Assembly: GCA_943350175.1 (NCBI GenBank)
Contig: CALQZX010000006.1
Coordinates: forward strand, 1-51,375
DNA: 51,375 nucleotides
Direction of reading: 5' to 3'
From: Parcubacteria group bacterium
GTDB taxonomy: Bacteria > Patescibacteriota > Microgenomatia > UBA1400 > PJMF01
The translations under genes and the position numbers were made by a program. The notes below the pieces were generated by a model, which ran no database searches, was not told the origin of the DNA, and saw only the letters and a list, made by a program, of their open reading frames with translations. Position 1 is the first letter of the stretch, and each line of letters starts with the position of its first letter. Below are positions 24,101 through 28,741 of the stretch, in pieces.

Positions 24101-25318
24101 ATAAGTTCCAGCTGCTACTCCTTTAGTGTCATCTGCCAACGTTGCTGGAGCAACTGTTAACGCAGTCCAAGTATTTGCAGAAACATTGTATCTATAGAAA
24201 GTAGTGCTGCTAGCTCCACGTAGAACATACATGTTTCCACCGTAATAGACGAAATCACTACCTGTAGAAAGAGCTGTGGGAGCATCCTCTACACCAAGGA
24301 AAGTATTAGCTGCAGGATCATATTTCCAGAAACTATATAAATTATTGCCTTGAAAAACATAGATGTAACCATCACTACTGTTGCTTATGGAACCAGCATA
24401 TCTGGATACGGCTGGTAAATTCGCTAGAGTTGACCAAGTATTAGTAGCGACAGTATAAGCATAAAAAGTTGCCGTACCTCCTTGTCTGGTTACATAAATT
24501 TTTGTTCCATCTGTCGATATGTCGACCTCTTCATTGATAGCAGCCGGCAAAGCAGCCACAGTTGACCAAATATTATTGACCAAATCATATCTATAAAAGG
24601 TAGTGGTATTAAGGCCACGTGGCGTATAAAGATAATTTCCAACTATTGTGAGATCAGCTCCTGCTCCGATTGTGGCAGGAGCACCGGTTAACGGAGTCCA
24701 AGAGTTGCTTCCAACATCATACTTATAAAAATCCTGAGTGCTATTACCACGCAAAGCATAAATGTTTTCGCCATCATTTTCCAAACTTCCACCAGCATAA
24801 ACCAGGTCAGGAAGGTCACTTAACATTTCCCATGAATTGCTGGCAATTGAATAACGGGCAAAAGCAGTCTGATAGCCACCAAACATGACGTAAATATAGC
24901 CGTCAAAATATTCTAATTCAGAACCAGAGTAAGTGCCGCGTGGCATATCTGCCAAAGTGGTCCATGTATTATCAGCCGGAGAATATTTCCAAAATAAAAC
25001 ATCTCCTAAACCTCTTGTAACATAAAGATCGTTGCCATCAGAAGCCAGAGCCGTACCAATTCCCATATTCAGGTCTGGAGTTCTCCAGCTTCTTGCCCCA
25101 ATTGTTCCAGCCGCTTCAATTGAGAAATCGCCTTCTTTGACAGAGCTGTCCAAACCAGTCATAGTGCCAGCACTCCAGTCAGAACTGGTGGTAAAAACGG
25201 CTTGATTGGCAGAAACAGAACTGGAGAAAAAGATGAAATTGAATACTACAAAAAATACGACTGATAAAATCGCAGCATGCAAACCAAAAAAATCGCGAAT
25301 TTTATATCTCGAATTCAT
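18191..25318 (-). CDS. Giant secreted protein (~2,375 aa) with two multi-blade Kelch-like beta-propeller regions, beta-sandwich modules and an FN3 array
   Basis: Signal peptide: MNSRYKIRDFFGLHAAILSVVFFVVFNFIFFSSSVSA/NQ. There are more than 20 repeats of about 47-50 aa with the pattern F[YW][RK]Y[DN]...N[ST]W[ST]...A.P...G...Y[IL]Y..RG. The C-terminal third has FN3-like units. The ORF track starts at a TTG at 25384; the ATG at 25318 immediately precedes the signal peptide and is preferred. Confidence 0.85.
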   Translation of the reverse strand: MNSRYKIRDFFGLHAAILSVVFFVVFNFIFFSSSVSANQAVFTTSSDWSAGTMTGLDSSVKEGDFSIEAAGTIGARSWRTPDLNMGIGTALASDGNDLYVTRGLGDVLFWKYSPADNTWTTLADMPRGTYSGSELEYFDGYIYVMFGGYQTAFARYSIASNSWEMLSDLPDLVYAGGSLENDGENIYALRGNSTQDFYKYDVGSNSWTPLTGAPATIGAGADLTIVGNYLYTPRGLNTTTFYRYDLVNNIWSTVAALPAAINEEVDISTDGTKIYVTRQGGTATFYAYTVATNTWSTLANLPAVSRYAGSISNSSDGYIYVFQGNNLYSFWKYDPAANTFLGVEDAPTALSTGSDFVYYGGNMYVLRGASSTTFYRYNVSANTWTALTVAPATLADDTKGVAAGTYLYFFRGSNTNTFYRYDVAGNSWSTMANAPATVGAGGTLTYPGSGDYIYAARGNTTLSFWRYSISGNTWDDVSVTDLPVDSEAGAGARLISNGTDLFYAPGVGISRFFKYTISGGGANTWTEMAKPPFAPYYGTDLSYYDGKIVALAGWYKNDMYEYEISENSWRELQNIHGYLAQDLGLYAGASIEYDGSGSFYIAYGNSRTYVLTYTPGATKYVSSGTWISEPRDLQYVSSFGDFTVVESTPASSDILYETRTSNDSISWSSWASVSGSNIASPAQKYIQIRVTLLASGGGLTHTPTLSEINIDYAGDAGVPTNPSTVVASSQEVGGVALSNGESYSHIRPYFSWTGASDAETSVAGYYVYFGNNEVADPEIVGNYQTNANYVSTSSLATGSYYLRIKTKDIAGNISEASTLFTYVYGGISPAQSLSVTEFLGTTEEVNTTNNQLKLASRENGFWLQEALSNTPAAMQYGAKNTAYVSTSNKLYVFRGANVATFYSYDLETDLWTTLANAPANIYIGGGVVEGPSGYLYGLRGNNTSSFYRYDIDANEWSDEAASDTPLAVYYGAAMEYDNLGYIYAMRGNDDDAFWRYNTTDDSWESLANLDFGATANAVNNSAYAGADLAIDRAGGYVYATQGNLRDGFSVYNINSNSWTVLPDVPQLPYLGSSIEYVPSVNAVYYLAGNYSDKVYKFDVGSQAWSEVKSAPTTFYYGASIKNIGDNLYSIVGNNTTSFYKYDVSKDSWLIPNRDLFGRTYQGVNNIPPGYGEDLVKGDGDYFYLTRGNYSDDFIRYNSRSGEIKRMAVAPVGAYNGSSLVYDSTANKIYFTGGYFVQKFYVYDIASNTWSEDDPTPAVIDYGSSMVYDGSRYIYLNRGGTNTTFYRFDTQGASGSKWSAMAVSPVGLGYGAELVLNGNYIYSLRGQNVANNPFYRYDITANTWSDPAVSDLNIDVYNDGFASYGGDGNIYVARGENDNDFFKYSIANNIWTTLANAPANVSAGGSGESDGVNKLIMLTGAATGANTFNDGIYTYVMQTEDSGFEEIGTYISPVHDLTSVYKWVNLQLDYVVADNADLTIQTRSSADNSTWSSWTAVSAEKFNGTAYNYEIKSPPARYIQVKFFFTSADGVYSGVVNNYTVNYYKDTAAPTNPQNAGLAAYSNNTPGSIIVSGNWHSHENPYFDWPDAESTGGASDTNTGSGVVGYYVYFGTDATAEPTSAGSLQTNSSYSANNLIDDTTYYLRIKTVDDALNVSTDVWAPFIYKHDGGASSAPADLVSDPSGYTSTDDFDFSWSAATSSGALVTEYCYKTGAETGIYSADQCTSDTFVTGIPSHKVGANTFYVRSKDEAGNYSGYASAPYYFVDSGNAPAPPTNLAVTPSSNTENSFAFSWDPPAINTYYGSVSNLSYYYSINALPTARSTTATSVRNLIAGSYATLPGENVFYVVTKDEAGNINYSNYASVVFTADTTAPGIPLNMDIADVSVKATSSWKIALSWEKPAEGVTDHYSIHRSTDGEVFSQIATSGGISYVDTKLTQQTYYYKVKACDSTNNCGVFSEIVELFPDGKFIEAAGLTAEPVISAITTRKATASWATTRTADSRIAYGTGSGDYFDEEVSNSTQTTSHTLNLLNLSPGTTYYYVAKWTDEDGNTGESKEATFTTEPAPTTEEPKVKSMGLDTALIEFISKNAAKIRLYYGESSAFGGMEEISTGSGEGAHTVQLSDLKDGTKYYYKINSFDSEGEEYEGEIHSFETLPRPKVKNIKISQVKGTARSTLLITWESNTSTSSIVTYYPVTAPGAAKDEVNLALKSGKHQMIIYDLEPQMTYAILVKGKDAAGNEAAGELQQIATSADSRPPQITDLKVEGEILGAGEEATAQLVVSYNTDELASAQIEFGEGSGATYSQKTQEDGSLTSHHLVVISGLTPSKVYHLRALSKDQYSNVGESVDKVVITPKAADNALDLVVSNMSLIFGFLAK

Positions 25319-25506
25319 GTCTATAAATATGATAGATAGTCGTTTAAAAGAAGTCGAGTCTATGTTTTTTCTAAACAAGATCAAAAATGATCTAAATATA
25401 TAAAATTTTTAAAAATTACCAACAAAAAACAACATTATCTAAAATTAATCTTAAATTCAACAAAATAAACCGCTTTGAGTTAAAACTTTCAAGTGGCTAG
25501 AAACCC

Positions 25507-25535
25507 TTTTCAAAATCACAGAATTGATGTATAAT
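25507..25535 (+). promoter_or_regulatory. Candidate sigma70-type promoter for rplJ-rplL
   Basis: TTTTCA (25507-25512), a 17-nt spacer, then TATAAT (25530-25535). It lies about 190 nt upstream of the rplJ ATG. Confidence 0.35.
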
Positions 25536-25539
25536 CTCC

Positions 25540-25722
25540 TCTTGTTCCAAAGACAGTGTGGCTTCAAACCTAGTAAAACTAAGCGAGAAGTTAATAATCG
25601 CACCGAGGAAAATAGCTTTTTTGTTATTTTATCTCCCCTGCTTTTACCCCACATTCTCTCTGGCACAAAATTTTTAAATAGAAAATTACGCAAATCTTAT
25701 TTAGTAAAAGTGAAAGAAATTT
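25540..25722 (+). promoter_or_regulatory. Long rplJ 5' leader (possible L10/L12 autoregulatory leader)
   Basis: About 180 nt of untranslated sequence lies between the candidate promoter and rplJ. L10 leaders occupy this position in many bacteria. I could not verify the structure by eye. Confidence 0.3.
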
Positions 25723-26226
25723 ATGCCAAATCAACATAATCAAGAACAAATTAAGATTATTCAAGAAAAATTGGATAAGGCAGCTTCCATGGTCGTTATC
25801 GACTACGCTGGCGCCAAAGTCAAAGATTTGACCGATCTCCGTGCTGCTCTTAGAGAAGCCGGTGGTGAAATGTTTGTCACCAAGAACACCCTGATCGACA
25901 TCGCCGTTGGTAAAGGCAAGGTCAGCGACTCCCTACAAGGCATGAGTGCGGTGGTTTTTTCTTATAAAGATCCAGTCGCCGCTATCAAAGCTTTAGTGAA
26001 ATTTCACGATGACACAGAGCTTTTAGATATCAAGCAAGGTTTCATGGATGGCAAAGTTTTATCAGTTGAAGAAGTTCAAGCTCTAAGCAAATTGCCAGGT
26101 AAGAACGAACTAATTGTCATGTTAATTCAGACACTTAAGTCTCCAGGTCAAGGTTTGGTCAATGTTCTTCAGGCAAGTGCTCGTAATTTAGTTTACGTCA
26201 TGAAGGCTATCGCCGACAAAAAATAA
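25723..26226 (+). CDS. rplJ: 50S ribosomal protein L10
   Basis: 167 aa. ...VVIDYAGAKVKDLTDLRAALREAGGEMFVTKNTL... is the typical L10 block. The gene lies directly upstream of rplL. Confidence 0.92.
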   Translation: MPNQHNQEQIKIIQEKLDKAASMVVIDYAGAKVKDLTDLRAALREAGGEMFVTKNTLIDIAVGKGKVSDSLQGMSAVVFSYKDPVAAIKALVKFHDDTELLDIKQGFMDGKVLSVEEVQALSKLPGKNELIVMLIQTLKSPGQGLVNVLQASARNLVYVMKAIADKK

Positions 26227-26277
26227 TATCAATTAGATTAGATTTAATTAATAAAGTAGTAAGAAAGGAACAAATAT

Positions 26278-26664
26278 ATGGCAGAACTCTCAGAAAAAGT
26301 TCAAAAGCTCGTTGACGCAGTCAAGGAACTCTCCTTAATGGAAGTTTCAGAACTCGTAACCGCTTTAGAAGACACCTTTGGTGTCACCGCAGCCGCCCCT
26401 ATGATGATGGGTGCCGCCGCTGGTGCTCCAGCCGCAGCTGCTGTGGAACAAGACGAATTTGACGTCATCCTCAAAGAAGCTGGCAGCAACAAAATTGCCG
26501 CCATCAAAGCAGTGCGTACTCTTAAACCAGAATTAGGTTTAGGTGAAGCCAAAGCTTTCGTCGAATCAGCTCCTAAGCCAGTCTTAGAAGGTGCCAAGAA
26601 GGAAGATGCTCAAGCAGCCAAAAAGACCTTGGAAGAGGCCGGTTGCGTCGTTGAATTGAAGTAA
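26278..26664 (+). CDS. rplL: 50S ribosomal protein L7/L12
   Basis: N-terminal dimerisation helix, an Ala/Pro-rich hinge ([21 protein letters not shown]), then [66 protein letters not shown]. Confidence 0.97.
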   Translation: MAELSEKVQKLVDAVKELSLMEVSELVTALEDTFGVTAAAPMMMGAAAGAPAAAAVEQDEFDVILKEAGSNKIAAIKAVRTLKPELGLGEAKAFVESAPKPVLEGAKKEDAQAAKKTLEEAGCVVELK

Positions 26665-26691
26665 TTTCAATTCTTTAAAGCAAGAAATAAT

Positions 26692-26722
26692 AAAAAACCC
26701 GCTGTAAAAGGCGGGTTTTTTT
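26692..26722. terminator. Bidirectional intrinsic terminator after rplL
   Basis: aaaaaa-cccgc-tgtaaaag-gcggg-ttttttt. Confidence 0.8.
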
Positions 26723-26779
26723 GTACCCGAGATTCATCGAGGGTATGTCCGAAGTGGAAGCGGAGGACCAAGAGCCCAC

Positions 26780-26814
26780 ACGAAGGAGTGTCTGGAGCAT
26801 AGGCGAAAGACGAC
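26780..26814. repeat. Copy B of the conserved ~35-nt intergenic motif (see 9523-9558)
   Basis: The plus strand ACGAAGGAGTGTCTGGAGCATAGGCGAAAGACGAC lies 58 nt after the rplL terminator and 10 nt from the stop of the minus-strand gene ending at 26825. Confidence 0.6.
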
Positions 26815-26824
26815 CAAGCTTCAG

Positions 26825-27220
26825 CTACAAATACTTCTTACCAATGAAGATTCCAGCGCCTAAAAATAGGTAAAATAGAGAGATGCTGATGTCATTAACT
26901 TTGGCAGTTTCTCTGGATTTTGCCACTGAACTAAGACAAATTTGCTTCTGTTCTTCAGCCATTTTTTTCTCTTCCTCAGCAGCTGGTCTTGTTTGACCCT
27001 TATCGTCAAAATAAGTCATCGGATAAGACTGACAATCCTCTTCTCTTTGCATAAAATTATTATTGAAGGACAAGACTCCTCCATTTGGATATTTTTCAAA
27101 TAAATAAACATTAGTCAGCGTTCTGACGCTGCCAAAAACACCGAGTAGTGAGAAGACTAGAGCTAAAACTCCAACAAAATAAGAAAATTTGTTTTCCAAA
27201 GAGGTGGCTTTTTGCTTCAT
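26825..27220 (-). CDS. Hypothetical small membrane protein (two TM helices)
   Basis: MKQKATSLENKFSYFVGVLALVFSLLGVFGSV... and C-terminal ISISLFYLFLGAGIFIG. The ORF track extends to 27289; the ATG at 27220 is preferred because the TM helix follows soon after it. Confidence 0.5.
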   Translation of the reverse strand: MKQKATSLENKFSYFVGVLALVFSLLGVFGSVRTLTNVYLFEKYPNGGVLSFNNNFMQREEDCQSYPMTYFDDKGQTRPAAEEEKKMAEEQKQICLSSVAKSRETAKVNDISISLFYLFLGAGIFIGKKYL

Positions 27221-27292
27221 ATGGTTTCCATTATTCCATTTTATTAAGTTTTGTTCAACAAAAAGGCATTCTTTCCCACTTTTCATCATTTA

Positions 27293-27347
27293 AAAAAGTT
27301 ATAGGCTTAATGTTTCGCCTTTTTCTCAGTTTATAAAAAGTTATAGG
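27293..27347. promoter_or_regulatory. Two identical 13-mers (AAAAAGTTATAGG) 42 nt apart in a divergent intergenic region; a degenerate third copy lies at 27511-27522
   Basis: Exact copies at 27293-27305 and 27335-27347, plus AAAAGTTATGGG at 27511-27522. All three lie between the membrane-protein gene and the HTH gene. Confidence 0.35.
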
Positions 27348-27570
27348 ATAATTATGTGGAAAGCTATGGATAACCCAAAAACTACTCTTCGCAACTTTGA
27401 AGAAAAGGCGATTTTCCCTCTTGACCTACAGAGTCTCAATCTGTTACTGTTGGATATAGATCAGAACAATACTTTGATCTAAAAAGACTCATTCCTCACC
27501 ACGATAGCCTAAAAGTTATGGGCTAACAACTTAAGTATATTAGGGCAAAATGCCCCAAACGAAAGGAAAA

Positions 27571-27843
27571 ATGAACGACAACGTCAACATGATTACCGAA
27601 GACGACAAAAAAACAGGCCGCGCAGATGATGCCAACAAATTGGACATCAAAAACCTTCCTGATCTTTTGACCGTGCGTGAAGTTGCCGATTTATTGCGCG
27701 TTTCTCCGCTCACTATCAAGCGTTGGGGTAAAAGAGGCAAATTACCAGCCATTCGCATCAATTCCAGAGGCGATAGACGCTACAAGAAAGAAGCAGTTCT
27801 TTGGCTTCTCGGTGTAAATCCAAACGGAGCAGAAGAAGAATAG
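27571..27843 (+). CDS. Excisionase/MerR-superfamily helix-turn-helix DNA-binding protein
   Basis: LLTVREVADLLRVSPLTIKRWGKRGKLPAIRINSRGDRRYKKEAV is the HTH_17/excisionase-type pattern. An AAAGGAAAA RBS precedes the ATG at 27571. The ORF track starts at 27550. Confidence 0.7.
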   Translation: MNDNVNMITEDDKKTGRADDANKLDIKNLPDLLTVREVADLLRVSPLTIKRWGKRGKLPAIRINSRGDRRYKKEAVLWLLGVNPNGAEEE

Positions 27844-27871
27844 TCTTTATTCAACTGCAAGTTTTGAGATT

Positions 27872-28690
27872 TTAGAAAATTTCTTTGAAGGTCAGACAGA
27901 TGAATTCGATCAACCGGAGCTGTCTATTTCTGCGCCAGGGTTGTTTTATTAAACGCCACAGCCATTCCAAGCCCATTTTTTGCATAAGAAATGGCGCTCT
28001 TTTCACTTTGGCAAAAAGGAAATCAAAAGATCCACCCACTGCCATAGCAATTTTTGCCTGGTTTTCCTCTAATAATTGCAAGTGATTAATGATCCACTCT
28101 TCCTGATCTGGCGCACCAAGAGCCACAAAGACCAAATCCGGCTTTAGCTGCTTGATGATTTCTGCCAAAGCTTCTTCTTCAATCGGTAAAATTTCTGCTT
28201 TTTCCTGATAACCCTCAGTCCAATAGAGGTTCTCACCCATTTTTTTCAAACTCTTCTTATCTTCAAAGGCTTCGCCTTCAAAAGAGCCCATGTAATCACG
28301 TCCACCAATAATCAAAGTTTTTAGGTTCTTTTGTTTGGCTAAAAAAAGCAAATGCTCAACTAGTTCTACACCAGGGAGACGTTCTTTGATTTTCTGCTTG
28401 GTTTTGCCAAAAAATTTTAGGATTCTTGACGCCATCACTAGGCCAATGCCATCAGGCAATAAATAATCGGCCTTAGCTAGAGTGTCGGCAAAAACCAGGT
28501 CATGCTTGGCTACAACTATTTGCTCTGGATTTGGCGTAAAAATAGATAAAGTTTTGGTTTTTGAAGCAGAACCATCACCGGAAAAAACTCCAGCAGCAGA
28601 TAAAAAATGGTCAAAAAAAGAAAAAAGCTCTTTTTTAGAAACATTTAAAATAGATAAGCCAAAAAGATTGCTCGTCTGCATTGTGGACAT
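27872..28690 (-). CDS. WecG/TagA/CpsF-family glycosyltransferase
   Basis: ...LPDGIGLVMASRIL..., IIGGRD..., FVALGAPDQEEWI, AVGGSFDFLFAKVKRAP..MQKMGLEWLWRLIKQPWRR are the family blocks. Confidence 0.8.
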   Translation of the reverse strand: MSTMQTSNLFGLSILNVSKKELFSFFDHFLSAAGVFSGDGSASKTKTLSIFTPNPEQIVVAKHDLVFADTLAKADYLLPDGIGLVMASRILKFFGKTKQKIKERLPGVELVEHLLFLAKQKNLKTLIIGGRDYMGSFEGEAFEDKKSLKKMGENLYWTEGYQEKAEILPIEEEALAEIIKQLKPDLVFVALGAPDQEEWIINHLQLLEENQAKIAMAVGGSFDFLFAKVKRAPFLMQKMGLEWLWRLIKQPWRRNRQLRLIEFICLTFKEIF

Positions 28691-28741
28691 GATTTGATTT
28701 TATCAGGTTTTTTAAGCTAGCGTCTAAGCTATAATGACTAC

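Noticed and set aside
18420-25403. Numerous 60-131-aa ORFs on both strands inside the giant gene (for example 20957-21352 +, 20509-20814 -, 22291-22572 -)
   Set aside because: They are shadow or out-of-frame ORFs within a continuous 7.1-kb reading frame that has clear repeat structure. The same applies to the short ORFs inside thrS, leuS, the ABC genes, murD, comEC and others.
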